From Cyanophora paradoxa CCMP329 (taxonomy: Eukaryota; Plantae; Glaucophyta): 64,000 nt of DNA. The stretch lies in the NCBI GenBank assembly GCA_004431415.1, contig QPMI01000569.1:124001-188000 (forward strand). The letters run 5' to 3'. The notes beneath the pieces were generated by a model. The model saw only the letters and a list, made by a program, of their open reading frames with translations, was not told where the DNA came from and ran no database searches. Made by a program: the position numbers and the translations under genes. This document shows positions 48,730 through 61,500 of this stretch, in pieces. Position 1 is the first letter of the stretch; each line of letters opens with the position of its first letter.

Positions 48730-50518
48730 CTATTGGAACAAGACAGAGCTGAGGGCGTAGACGTTTCCGACGAAGTCGCCGGCGGCAATGCGCGCGCCGC
48801 ACGAGTCAACGCACGTGAAGGGTGCAAACCCTTCGAAGGCGCAAACCCGCTGCCCGGCGTCGGTGTGCGTCTGTTGGCGCTCAGCCCGTCAGGTCGATCG
48901 AGCGCAAAATTAAATATATAATTACTGAGATGCATATATATGCATATCCGCGAGGGCGGGGGGTCCGAGCATACCGAGAGGAGCTTGCCGGGGTCCGACG
49001 CGACGACCACGTTGGGTCTCAGCTCGATCGCCGCCTCGCTCACGGCCGCAGGCGGGTTGTAGAAGGCGCACGCCACCACGCTCCGGGGCGATGCCGTCGT
49101 CCGCTTTGTGGCGTCTCCGTACGCGTGGACGTGCGCCGCCGAGCGCTCTCCCAGCCCCTGGACCTGCGAATGCCGGACCAGCTCCCAATCAGCTAATGTG
49201 GAATATGAACTCGGGCGAAACAGTTGCGCACTGAATACTCCGAAAAGCGCGCCTTGTCGGATTGAATCATTGCCTAAGGGACCAAAGAATTGGTTCAAAC
49301 GAACCACTGGATGCGGGGACTCGATCGCTCAGCGGCATGCGCACCTCGACCTCGTAGACGCGAACGACGTCGCGCCCGCCCGCCTCGCAGCTCGCGACGA
49401 GGCGGGTCCGCCCCTGCACCGTGTCGTCCACGGACAGGCACTTGATGGGCGCATCGCTGACGATCGCGCTCCTCAGCTCCTTGCAGCCCGAACCCACGTC
49501 AAAGATCTGCAGCCGGTTTTGGCACTGAAACAGTAGAGAGATACAACAAAATTTAATCGTGTTCTCGACCTTGATCGCGTTTCCGACAGAGGCGATGAGC
49601 CGGCGGCCGTCTCCCGCAAAAAAGCAACTGGAGTTGCAATCAGAGAATATCTAGAACTGGAATTGTGGTAGGCCGTGCCTTGTGACGTTCGGCGCAAGGC
49701 CAGAGACGACTTTTGTTTCCTTTCCAGACACCCAACCACCGCCATCCGTCTTGATCTCCCAGATCCGCATCGTCCGATCTGCGAGCAGGGCATATATACA
49801 TCAGTCTTCGTACTTTGCGCAGGTGCACGCCATGCAGATAGGAAAGACGAATAGTTCTGAGATCAAGCACGTTGCTGTCTATCGCCATTTGCAACGCCCC
49901 GCCGGGGGCCGGCACCTTCAGAGCCGGAGACAAGGAGGCGCCCGTCGGGGGACCATCCGACGCTGTGGATGATGCCAGAGTGCCCACCGATCTGAGCCAG
50001 CTGCTCGTACGAGCCCGATATCGATGTCGCCCAAATCCGCAGTGTGCGGTCCCAGGACCCGGACGCAATGTAAGCGTCCGAGGGTGCCACCGCAACGGAC
50101 TTGACCACACCACCGTGCCTGAAAATTTAAAAGGGTTTGGATCCCAACGAGGCTCCATCTGGGACGGTTCGCTAGTGGCGGACCCGCGGAGGTGGCTTGC
50201 CAGAGGCCTTCCGAGTTGAACACGCGAATGGAGCGGTCGCGCGAGCCCGTTGCGAACCACTGGCCCGTCTTCGACCACCGCACGCACATCACCTGGTCCG
50301 GATCTCAGTTTCTTGCGATCGCACGATCGCGAAGCGAGCATGTCGATCGGGTGGCAGACCCCGGCCTTGTGGGAGCCGTTGCGCTTCTGTAGGCGCCGGC
50401 GCTCGGCAGCGTCGAGCGCCTCTGGGCTTTGGTCCTCCTCTTCTGCAGGGCGACAGTAAATTAAACGTTTAAGATTGCAGGTGAATGCCGTGACATGCGG
50501 AGCAGGTGATGTGAGCAC
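48730..50518 (-). pseudogene. WD40-repeat gene, 3' portion only, truncated by the duplication junction (possible chimera with argA 5' end)
   Basis: SHKAG|VMCVRWSKTGQWFATGSRDRSIRVF; HGGVVKSVAVAPSDAYIASGSWDRTLRIW; GHSGIIHSVGWSPDGRLLVSGSE|DRTMRIWE; ends AGDFVGNVYALSSVLFQ-stop. Confidence 0.8.
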
Positions 50519-50818
50519 CGCCTCCGCCGCAATGAAGAATGCCGGCGCGGGCCCGCGGTGCCCCGCGCGCCCCGCGGCCCCGCGGTGACGGTCGCGCCCC
50601 ATCGGCTTGAAGGTCCACGCGACAGCGGCGCGGACGGCACCCGCAGCGCCGCGCCTGCCGCCGGCCAATGCGAGACTACAGCCGCCGGGGCGCCGTGCGG
50701 GGCAGGACGCCGCTGCTGCCGTCGTCGACGGCGCGACCTCTGGCGCTACGTGCGGAGGGGCGGCCCATGCGAAGAAGGGCAGGGCGAAGGCCGCGGCCGC
50801 CGGTCCCTCGGCCGCCAT
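50519..50818 (-). pseudogene. argA: Duplicated 5' 100 codons of argA (transit-peptide region) at the junction
   Basis: Identical to 36716-37015 (MAAEGP...PAFFIAAEA), then switches to WD40-locus sequence. Confidence 0.9.
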
Positions 50819-51045
50819 TGCTTCTCGCGTTGGTACGCGAAATCAAGTGCAAGTACGACGGTGCACCTGTCGACCTTTCGGTCTGGGATCGCGGCTGCGA
50901 CGGGCGGCGGTGCTGTGATGTTCCAGAGTCTATTGGCGGTGTCGGGAGATCGCAAGGCCCGTGGCCGTCTCGCGGTCGAGAAACACGTACCCGGAAACCT
51001 GGATCCTGGCCTGCCGTTCTTCAAACTTCGGCCGTTCCGGCCGGG

Positions 51046-53623
51046 ATGCAGCAGGACAGCGCGTGGTGGAGCTCTGGGGGGCCGTTCGATGGGCCTCTCG
51101 CGTTCGAGTCCTCGCAACAGTACACAAGCTCCAGCCTCCCCCCGTCCTCAACATTCCACAACGCGCAGTTTCCTAACAGCTCCCCAACTTACACCTACAA
51201 TAGCTATGACGTTTACCGAACGAGCTCCTTCGACCAGCAGAGTCTAGCGTCGACTGCGGGCGCGTCCGTTCCGCCCTCGTCGGTCCCGCAGCTGCCTCAG
51301 CAGCAGTTCTGGTCCTATCAGTCGCAGCCGCAGTTCTCGGCGCCTTACACCGACTCCGCGACCACGTTGTCGCAAGCTTCGCACTCACAGCAGGACTTCG
51401 CGGCTTACCAGTCCCTCCAGCCGATCGACCACTCTCAGCTAAGCGATGCAGGCGCGAGCGGACAGATCCCAGACTCGTTCGAGGTGCGTGTCGTCAACCC
51501 CCAAGATCTTACTTAGCCTGTTCGATGCGAGCGCCTCGCAGGACGCCCGCAGCGTCGCGGCGTACCGCGGCGAGCGGTTTCAGCCGATGCGCATGCAAGA
51601 GCAGACCTACCAGCCGGCCGGCACGTCTTTCCAGGGGACCTCTGCCACCCAGGTTCGAAACCTTGCCCGCAACCGCGCAAGCCGACGGCGGCTCACGCCC
51701 CTTGACAGCGGCAGGACGGCGGCGTCTTCGGCTACGAGCAATCGGACATGCAGTATGGGCTCGCGTATCCGCTGCCGTCGTTGGCGTCGGCGCGCGCCGA
51801 CCCTTACAGCTCCGCTGACTCCAGCAGGAGGTGCGGGGCCGGCAGTCGCACCGTTCTGCCGCGCGCTCTGACCCTCGCTGTCAGCTCGTTTGCCTTCGGG
51901 GGCCGCGGCGACAGCCCCTCGTTGCTGCAGCACCAGCAAACGCAGCAGCAGCAGCAGCAGCAACAGCAACTTCAGAGGAGCCCTGTGCTGCCCTCCGGTG
52001 TCCCGCTGACGCACTCGCTCGCGTCGACGGGGATGTCGTCGCATATGATGCATGCACTGCCGCCGCCGTTGCCCTCGCCGCCTCCGCCGCCGCCGCCGCA
52101 GCAGCAGCAGCTTCCGCCGACCTCCTCCGCCTCTTTCGTACCCCTGCCCGCGCCCCTCGCGCAGCAGCAGCGGCAGCAGCCGTTGACACAGGCTAGCATT
52201 TCATCCCAGTCCCGCCTCCTTCACTCCCTCTCCTCCTTCACGTCGAACCTCCCCCCCTCCACACAGAACCTGCCCAGGCCGCCCGCCCTCCCGCTTCCCT
52301 CCGAGCCGCCCGCGCAGCAGAAGCCTGGCGCCGCCCCAGTGCGGGCCGACACCCAGCAGCAGGGGTACAAGCACGCCGCTCACGCGGGGTACGGCTCGGG
52401 GCGGCGCGGCGCGACGTGCGAGCGGCCCCCGCCCCCCGGACGCCACCGCGCCCCGCGCCGACCGCCCTCGCAGGTCGGCCGAGGACCCGGCGGCCGCCGC
52501 CCCAAAGTCCGCCGCGACCCTCCAGGGCGCCTTTCACGCCGCCGCCTCCCAAACTCAGGCCTCCCCCGCAAGCTCCAGGGCGCCGTACCCCCCTACCTCG
52601 TGGGATGCCTTCGCGGCGTACCCCATTTCCGAGATCCCCCCGGGGTACACGTACGCGTCGGCGCCAACGTCCTTCTCCACGTCGGCGGAGCCGCTCCGAG
52701 CGGATGCGACGGCGTACCCCGCCCCGCAGACCCAGTTCCAGGCGTACTCCCGCCCGACGGGGGCGCCGGCGCCGCCCCTCCCCGGAGCCTCCCAGGTCAA
52801 GGTGGAGGCGGCGCGGGCCGGCGGGCGCGCCGGTGAGGCGGCGCCGCCGCCGCGGCAGCGGGGCCGGCCGCGCGCCCCCGAGGCCCGCGCCGACTTGCAC
52901 GCGCCGCGCGGCGGCGCTCCCCCGAGGGCCTCGGCAAGCGGGCGCGGGAGGAGCCGGTGGCAGCGGCGGCCCCGGAGGCGGAGCCGGCCCTACCCCCCGT
53001 ACCCCCCGACGTCGCACCCTGCGAGCCCCTCCCCTTCGTCCCCTTCGCCCCGAACCCCGCCCCCGCCCCCGCCCTCGCCCCCGAAGCTGCGCGGCCCGAC
53101 GGGCCGGGGGCTCCCTCGGGCGCCCCGGATCGGCCACCGCCGCCCCCGCCGCCCCCGGGCAGCCCGGCGGCGCCCCGGGGGCCCCGCCGCTGCTGCCGGC
53201 ACGCAGCTGCCGCCAGGCGCGGGCCCGGCGCGCACCCCGGCCACCACCAGAGGGGGCACCTCGGGAGGGGCGCGGGGCGCGGGGCCCGCTGGGGCCGCCC
53301 CCGCCCGGGGGGCGCAGCCGCTGGCGCCGCCGCTGCCGGCGCTGGCGCTGAAGGTGCCGTCGGCGGCGGCGGCGCCCCCGCGGCTGTGCCTGCCGTTCCG
53401 CGTCGTCCCGCCGGCGCCCATGAAGGTGGACCTGCCCCTCGCCGACCCCGAGGAGGCCCCGCGCTCGCCCACGGGCTCCGACCCGCCCTCGCCCCGCGAC
53501 GACTTCCCCTTCGCGTACGGCCCCTCCGAGGCGGCCCCCGTCGCCTACGAGCCGATACCCAAGACCGAGCTCGTCGACAACTCCTGGCGGCCGCCCCCGC
53601 CCCCGCGCCCCCTCCACACGTAG
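51046..53623 (+). CDS. Gln/Pro/Ser-rich disordered hypothetical protein, copy 2
   Basis: Duplicate of 37243-39775 with longer intact frames. Confidence 0.6.
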
Positions 53624-54271
53624 CGCTCGCTGGCTGCCGCCGGCCCGCGCGCCCGCATCGATCCCGGCGGGCGGCGGGCCGTACGTATGCGACTCGTACT
53701 CGTAGCTGCTCTGACCGAATGCGTGCTGTTGTCGGTATATACGTAGCGAATCGGAAACTCGTGCATGCGACCCTGATTCAATTCGTATATGCATCAGCCT
53801 GGCAGCGGCAGGCAGGCAAGCTGAGGCAAGTAGCATGCACACGCGCAACGGGGTGCGCCGGTGGTACCATATGCGTGTCCGGCGCCAGTGGCCGCAGTCC
53901 GGCGCGCGTGCGGGCGCCTCGCGAACAGCGGGGTAACAGCGGGGTTTAATTTGAATCGGGTTGTCAAATTCGCAAAGAAACACATTAGTAAAAAACCGAA
54001 GAAACGAATCGAAGTTCAAGCGCACTGCGGAAGTGGGGGTCCAGGGGCGGAGGACGGGGGCTGGATGGAATTGGGAGCCGGGCGGCCGAGAGCGGGGCAA
54101 ATCTACATACTCTCTGCCTACCGGACACTACATTTACAGGGCGTCCGCTGTCATCGCAAGAACTGAACTCACTAGGAAACTGACTGGGTGACTGCTCCCT
54201 GTCGCGCTCTCCTCTGAAACTGAACGCACTGCGACACTGAAGCGAAAACGAAATGGGGCCGGGGGGCGGGC

Positions 54272-55493
54272 TCAGGCAGAGGGGGGCGGGGGGTGGAGCC
54301 CTCGCCGTCGCCGAAGCCGAGGAGCTTCTCGAGGCGCAGGCGCGCGTCGTCGAGCTCCGCCTGCTGCGCCGCCGCCCGCTCCGACCGCCTGCCCCGCCCC
54401 GCCCGTCAGCTCCGCCCCCGCCGAGCGAAACCCGCCGGGCGGGGCGGCGCGCGCACCGCTTGTCGCCTTCCTCCGGCGCGCGGCCTGTCTTCCACGCGGG
54501 GTCGATCGCCGACTCCTCCGGCGGCATAAAGAGGCTGCGCCCCGCGCCGTCAGCGCCGTCAGAGCGGCGGCGCGGCCGCCGAGGCGCGCGCATGCACCTG
54601 CCGGGCGGGACGACGCCCATCCTGTGGCCCGACTCCTCGCAGAAGTCGCGGATCTCTTCGGGGGCGAACGCCTCGACGTTCGGCGTCGGGAAGTCCTGCG
54701 GCGCCGCGTGGGCGCGCCGCGGCGGCCCGGCGGCGTACGCCGCAACCAACCTGGGCTTCGAGAAGCGTCGCGTAGCGGAGCGCCTCCTCCTCCGCCTCGA
54801 ACGCGAGGATGATGTCGTGCTCGCCCATCTGCGCCGCGTCGGCGCCGGCGCGCACGGGGCGCCGCGACGGCATCACCTTGAGGCTGTAGATGCCCTCATT
54901 GTCCGTGCCCGAGTGCACCAGCAGCACGAACACCTGGCGGCGGGAAAGGTCGCGATCCCTTGAGGCACGTGTACGCATGCCGAGAGGGATCGGCGGCGGC
55001 GGACCTTGCTCAAACCCAGCAGTGGATCCTCCTCCTCCTCCTCCTTCGGATAGCTGTCCAGCTCCTCGCCGTTGGCCTCCTTCTCTTGGATCTCCGCGGC
55101 CCGCCGGCGAAGAACAGAAAGGTCGATGTCGAAAGACGGGTCGCCTGCGAGATACAATTGCAGAACTTGAGCGCCACAGATCGGGCAGGCGTCCGTCGGC
55201 GGCAGCGCGTGGGGCGCACTGCTGAAGTCTGCCCGATCGTCCTCGGCCCACATCTCCGAGACGATAGTGACGCCCATCTTCTTTGGCCAATTCCACCTTT
55301 TGCTAGCACTCGCTGGCATCCAGCGGATCGCGAGCGCAGGGCGGAGCCACGCCGGCCGAGTCAGGCGGGCCTCCCGCCGCCGTGCCGCCGGGGCTGGCGC
55401 CGAGGCCGGCAAGGGCTGGCACAGACTCGAGGACGGGATGACGGGCGACGGCGCCGTGGCGCTCGTCGCAGGAAGCGGGCAACAGAACGCCAT
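54272..55493 (-). CDS. DUF3110-family protein, copy 2
   Basis: Duplicate; exon 1 open from MAFCCPLPAT. Stop position approximate. Confidence 0.85.
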
Positions 55494-55576
55494 GGCTATT
55501 TGTACTGTACCCTCGGCTTCATCCCCCCACGGCGCCAGCTGTGATTCAAGCTCCTGTAACTTGTAAGCAAGCAGCG

Positions 55577-56507
55577 ATGGCGGGACCTGAACAGGGCCAG
55601 GCCAGCGGCAGCGGCAGCGTTCCCGACGACGAGGAAATGGCCCGCCGTCTGCAAGAGGTTCGTCGGATACCCTACCGTGCCGGCCGATGCGCTGCCGTCG
55701 CTGTCATCGCTGCGCGGCCAACCTTGCACTGCCGGGGCAGCGCGCCTGCACCCAATCGGCCGTGCTTCGAAAGATGCGCGTGCTCTTGCGATTGTTGGTT
55801 GCAGTGGTTGGGCGCATGCGGCCGCTAAGGGTCGTCCTGTGACTCTCTAGCTTTTACTCGCTCCGCCCACGCCTCCGCTGAACGCGCCGCCCCGCTAGCC
55901 GTTCGAGCTGCTGACCCGCTGCGCGCGTCAGGAGTACGACCTGGAGCTTGCGCGGGCGATGTCGCACGAGCCCGGCATGCAGGTGTGCCAGCAGGGGGGC
56001 GGCGCCCTCCGAGCTCCTCGCCAACCGCGCCGTGCGCAGAGCGAGTTTGTGGCGAAGGACGCCGCGCACAACATGGGCGTGGCCGTAGACCCGCAGCGAG
56101 ACGAGGCGCTGGCCCGGTTCGAATCCGGCCCCGCGGCATCCCCGGGCCCCGCCCGCCCGCCCGCTTTCCCGCCGGCCTGACGGGGCGGGGCGGGGGCGCA
56201 GGGACATGGCGAAGGCGTACGAGGAGATGGCGCGGGCGGAGGCGGAGGACGAGTTCGAGAAGATGACGCGCAAGGTCAACGAGGAGATGGCGAGGTGACC
56301 CCCGGCCTCTTGACCCCCGCACCCCCTGCGCTTTTCCGACGCGCCCCGCTTCCCCTCCGCAGCAAGAAGACGCTCAAGCAGATGCAGGCGAGCGCGCCCC
56401 GCCCGGGCCCGGCTCGCCGCTCTCCGCCCCGCCGCATCTCGTCGCTGACCGGGTGGGGCGGCGCCCAGATAAGAGGAGAGGTCCCGCGGCCGGCCGCGAA
56501 GAAGTAG
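55577..56507 (+). CDS. Small acidic helical protein with MIU/UIM-like motifs, copy 2
   Basis: Duplicate of 41714-42638. Confidence 0.6.
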
Positions 56508-56867
56508 ATTGGCTCTCTCCCGGGCCTTGCGTGTTTCTGGACTTTTTGCCGGCATCCCAAGCGCAAAGCCTGTGCTGGTCAATGCCGCCGAGGCCAGAGG
56601 GAGCGCCTCGGGCGCGCCATTCCTGCCGTTCCCGCCCCGCGGCGGGCGTCCCAAGGACAGTTAGCCGCTTCACTTTCAACTCTGCGGCGGGCACCCGAGC
56701 TTTTTCCGCGCCTGTATCCTTTCGAGAGTTCGCGTGTACATTCAAATCCGATATACCTACATACTATCCTCGCTGCCCGCCCGATTGCACTACAGCTAGA
56801 AGAACACTGTCCCTGCCTAGCTAGGCCTGAAAAGCTGTCTGGACTGGCCGGCCGCCGGCGCCGACGC

Positions 56868-58330
56868 CTAGGGCCCGAAGGCGTTGCAGGCGAGGGATAG
56901 CGTGCCGTATGCCATCTCCTGGTGCAGCGTCCGCCCCGCCTCCTGCGCGCGCAGAGGGGTACCCGCGTCGGCCTCGTGCTGACACGCCGGGTGGGGCCCG
57001 CGCACCTCGCCCGCGTAGCCGGCCGCCACGTATAGGGGTATGATGTGCTCCGTGCGCGGGTGCGCCAGGCTAAAGTTCGGGTCCTGCAGGGGGGGGTACG
57101 TGAGCTCTGCGCCCTGGGGCGAGCTCCAGCGGGGGGCAAAGGACCTTGGTGAGGGCGAGGAGGGAGTCTTCCCGCTGCTTCCCGGTCCTGCGGGGCGGAG
57201 CGGGGCGGGGCGGGCGGCCTCAGGGGCGGAGAAGGCGGGGCGGGCGGGGGGGGGGGGGGGGGGGGGGGGGGAGGGAGGGGGGGGGAGGGGGGGCCCACTG
57301 CTCGGTGATGATGTGCCGGATGCGCTCATCGAACTCGGAGGCCCAGGCGACGGGCGGCGCGTGCGGGCCTCCCCCCCACATCAGCTTCCCCAGGTTGTGC
57401 GTCGCTGCCGCGCCGGCGCGTGAGCTGGCGAAGGCGGGGGGGAGGACAGGAGGGGGGGTACCGCCGCCGCTGGTGACGAGGAGGACGTCCTTGAGCTCCT
57501 TGAGCGGCGCGAGGGCGCGGCCGAGCTCGATGTGGGCCCGCGGGTCCAGGTCCCTCCGCAGGGACACCGTCACCACCGGGATCGACGCGTCGGGGTACAC
57601 GAGCTTGAGGGGGACCCAGTGCCTGCGCGGGCGACCGGTCAGCCGCGCAGTGCGGAGAGAGGGTACGGGGAGCGGAGGGCGCTCGCCCGTGGTCGAGGCC
57701 GCGCTGCGAGGGGTGTCAGGCTGGGTTCTGGCGGGGCGGGGCGGGGGCGCGGCGCACGTTGCCGAGGCGGGTGCGGAGACCGGCCTTCTTGAGCAGCTCG
57801 TACACGTTCTGCGCGAGGGCCGGCTCCCCCACCGCCGGGTACCTGCGCCGCCCGCGCGTCGCTTCGGGGCGCGGCGGAGCAGGCCTAGGTGCGGGGCCGG
57901 GTGCACTTCAGAGTGTACATCTCGCGGGGGAAGCCGCCGAAGTCGTAGATGGTCTCGTAGGGCGCCGTGTTCGAACCGCAGACAACGAAGTCGCTCTCCT
58001 CGTCGTGCGCGGAGACGACGACCAGCGCGCGCGGCTTGGGCCGCAGCTGCGCGCCGAGGCCGCGCAGGAACTTGTGCGCCGGCTCCTCCTTCTCGATGAC
58101 GAGCGTCGGGGCGCCTGCCGCACGCGTCAGCCCCCGCGGCGCTCGCCGGCATCTAGCTAGTCGCGCGCACCGTGGCTGATGAAGAGCGCGCTGGGAAGTC
58201 CGGCAAGGACGGACGTCATGCTGGCGGCGGCGCTGGCGGTGAAGGGCGACGCGCGGGCCGTGCCGAAGATGCCGGCGCTGAGGCTGGCGAGCGCGGTCAG
58301 GAGGACTCCCGCCCGCTGCAACGCGAGCAT
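56868..58330 (-). CDS. DODA/LigB-type extradiol dioxygenase, copy 2
   Basis: Same motifs with frames restored (HWVPLKLVYPDASIPVV; AHPRTEHIIPLYVAAG; YGTLSLACNAFGP-stop). Confidence 0.9.
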
Positions 58331-58463
58331 CTACGTATACCTAGATGACGAGAATGCGCGGCCACCGACGCGTACGAGGCCAAGCTCTCTTGACGCGGAG
58401 CGGCTGTTAAGCGCAGGACGTGAATGACGCAAGCCCGACTGATGCCCGCGAACGAAGGGTAGC

Positions 58464-58545
58464 ACCAACGCCTGGAGTCGAACCCACGAATCGAGGGGAT
58501 CCGGACTGGCAGAAACCCACGCACCATAACGACCACGGCGCTGGC
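58464..58545 (-). ncRNA. Degenerate tRNA-like element, copy 2
   Basis: Identical duplicate of 44572-44653. Confidence 0.35.
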
Positions 58546-58556
58546 AGCGCGCGAGC

Positions 58557-61500
58557 ATGCTGATTGCCGGATGCCGGGGGTGCGGCGCCGCGCCCCTGCC
58601 TCGCGCCGCGCGACACGCTGACTCCCGCGCGTCCGCGGGCGCAGCTGGCAGAGCTCCCGGGCATGGAGTCGAGGGATCACGCTGAGCGGGTCGCGCCCCG
58701 TCCCAGCGGGGCCGGTGCCCGCCCCCGGGATCGCGCAGGTGTGGCGGAGCGGCATCTCCCGCGCGGCGTCGGCCGCGAGACTTAGCTACGGCGGGGAGCT
58801 GCAGCCGGCATGGCAGCCGGCGCTCCTGGGGGCGCGCGCGGCGCTCCGGGGGCTCTCCGCCACGTCCGCGGCGGCGACGAAGCGCGCGGGGAAGGCGGCG
58901 GAGGCGGCGGCGGCGCCCGCGAAGGCGAAGCGCGGGCCGAAGAGGAAGAAGGCGGCGGCCGACTCGTCCTCCCCGCCCGCGTCGCCCCCGCCCCCGCCGA
59001 TCGCCTCCTCGCCGCCCCCGTCCCGCTTCGAGGCGCGCCCGCCCGCCCCCCGCCCGCTCGCCCGACCAGCCGGCGGCTCACGGGGCGGGCAGGTGGAGGA
59101 CTTCCTGAACACGGAGCTCGGCATGCGGCCGGAGGCGGTGAACACGTTCCTGTCGCGGCACCCCGCCCTGCTCGTCGACGGCGAGATGTTCCGCCTCGTG
59201 AGGCGCGCCCCCGCCCGCCCCCGCGCCCCGCGGCCCCCGCCGCGCAGGACCTCGTGACTGGGCCGCAGGCGCACGACGAAGGGCCTCATCGCGTACGGCT
59301 TCAGCCACAGCGACGTCGCCGAGGCGCGCGCGCGCCCTCCGCCCGGTTCTCTGCGGGCGGGGCGAGCGGGGCGGGGGCGCAGGTGGCGCAGAAGGAGTTC
59401 CGGCTGCTGGTGCTGCCCGAGGGAGACGCGGTCGCCCGCCTGAACACCGTCCGCGCCCACCTCGCCCTCCGCAAGCCCGCCGCGCGCCCTGCCCCCGCCC
59501 CCGCCCGCCCCGCGCTCCTCGCGCCCTCTGAGGCGGGCGGGCGGGCGGGCGGGCAGGTGGTCCAGGCGGTCGTCGCGAACCCGTCCCACTTCCTCAAGCC
59601 CTCCGCCGTCGACGGCCGCTGGGCCTCCGCCGCCGCCGTCCGTCCCCCCGCCCCGCCCCGCGCGGTCGGTGGAGCGGGGCCGAGGGGGCGGGGCGGGGCG
59701 GGGCCAGGTGCTGCGGGGGGCGCCGGCGCGGCTGGGGAGCCTGGAGATCGCGGAGATCGTGCGGACGACGGGCATCCGCCTCTTCCACATCGGCGGCGAG
59801 GCCCTCGCCGCCCGGTCCGCCCCCAGCCCGCCCCCGCCGCCCCCGCCGAGCCCCGCCCGCCCCCGGCTGGCTAGAGGTCCCCACGGGCGCTTCTAGCACC
59901 ACTCCCTAGTACTAGCACTTTCTTTCTCCGCGTTGGGGGCGACGCTCCCTGCGCCCCCCCGCCCGCTCCGCTTCGTCCGACGGCGGCGCTCGCAGGCTGG
60001 AGGTGCTGACGGGCTACTTCACACTCGACCGCCCCACCCTCCTCCGCCTCTTCACCACCTACACCAGTGCGCAGCGCGCCCGCCCCGGGCGGCCCGGCGC
60101 GGCGCGGGCTGAGCGGGGGCGGGCAGTCCTGGTGCTCAACTCGCCGCCGGTGATCGACTCGTGGGCGCGGGCCATGTGGCGCATCTACGGCGACGGCTCC
60201 GAGCTCACCGCCCGCTCCCGAGGCCCGCCCGCCCCCGCCGCCTCGCCCCTCCGCCCCCGCCGCTGACCGCACCCCAGGGAAGGCTCCGCCCCCCCTACCC
60301 ACCTCCGTCTACCTCCTCGCCCGCGGGCCCAAGAGGCGCGTCCCAAGGGCCCCCTCCCCCTCCCCCTTTGTGTACCCCGGGCTCAAATCCGGTACCCAGC
60401 CCGGAGACGGTGGACGCGGCGCGGCGCGTCCTCGAGGAGGAGCTGAGCATGAGCCCCGAGGAGGCGCGTACTCCCCCGTCCTCCGCCGTCCCGCCCCGGT
60501 CCGACTCGCGTACCCCCCGCAGTCCCTGAAGACGCTGCGCCGATTCCCCTCCATTGCGAACCACGTGCGCCGTACCCCTCCTGGCCCCGCCCCCGTCCCC
60601 CCGGGATTGAGCCGGCCGCGAAGGCGCCCGCTCTGCCGGGGCGGATCGAGGCGCTCTGCCGCGGTTTCGCCGCAGCGAACGTCTCCCGCGAAGACCTTCG
60701 CCGCCTCGTCATCGTCCGCCCTACCTACGCCCCGCTTCTCTCTCTCCCCCCTCCTTAAATCGTCGGCCCCGCAGCTGAACCCCCGCATCGCTTTGTACGA
60801 CTTTGAGGAGCACATCCGACCGAAGGCGCGCGCCCGGTGCCGCGGCGCCGCCCCGGGGCGAGCTGAGGCCGGCGCCCGCGCAGCTGGAGCTCCTCGTCGC
60901 GCGGCTGCGGATCGAGCCCTCCAAAGTCGGCATGGTCCGCCCCGGGGCGCCGGGCCCGCGCCCCTGGCCCGGCCCGAATTCACCGCACCCCCAGATGGTC
61001 CTTCGCGCGAACTCGTTCATATCCGCTTCGCTGGAGAACAAGATCCTCCCCAACCTCCGGGTGCCTTCTTACCCCCCGGCGGCTTCCCCCCCCCTGACGA
61101 GGCGGGCGCGGCAGGCGATGACGGAGGTCGGGCTCTCGGTGGGCTCCCCCCCCCCCCCTCCCCCCCTCCCCCCCCGCCCCCTTCGCCCCGGGCCGGGGGG
61201 CTGAAGCGGGGCGGGGCCAGGAGGAGGAGATCGCGCACGTGCTGCGGGCGTGCCCGCGCCAGATCGCCGCCGACTTTGCCCACCGCTTCGAGTTCCTCAA
61301 GGCTCGCACCCCTACCCCCCACTCCCCCCCCCCTTCCCTCCTGCCCGCCCGCCCGCCCGCCTGGCGCCGCGACCGGCGCCGAGCTCGGACCCGCACGCGG
61401 CAGACGGCGATCGAGGGGATGTTGGGGTACCCCGTCGGGTCCGCCGCCGCCGCCATCCGCCGCTCCCCAGCCCTCCTCGGCTGCGCCCGTACGGTCTGCC

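Larger units (their letters stand above)
36716..50518. repeat. Tandem segmental duplication, copy 1 (13,803 bp)
   Basis: CGCCTCCGCCGCAATGAAG... begins at 36716 and again at 50519; colinear thereafter. Confidence 0.95.
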
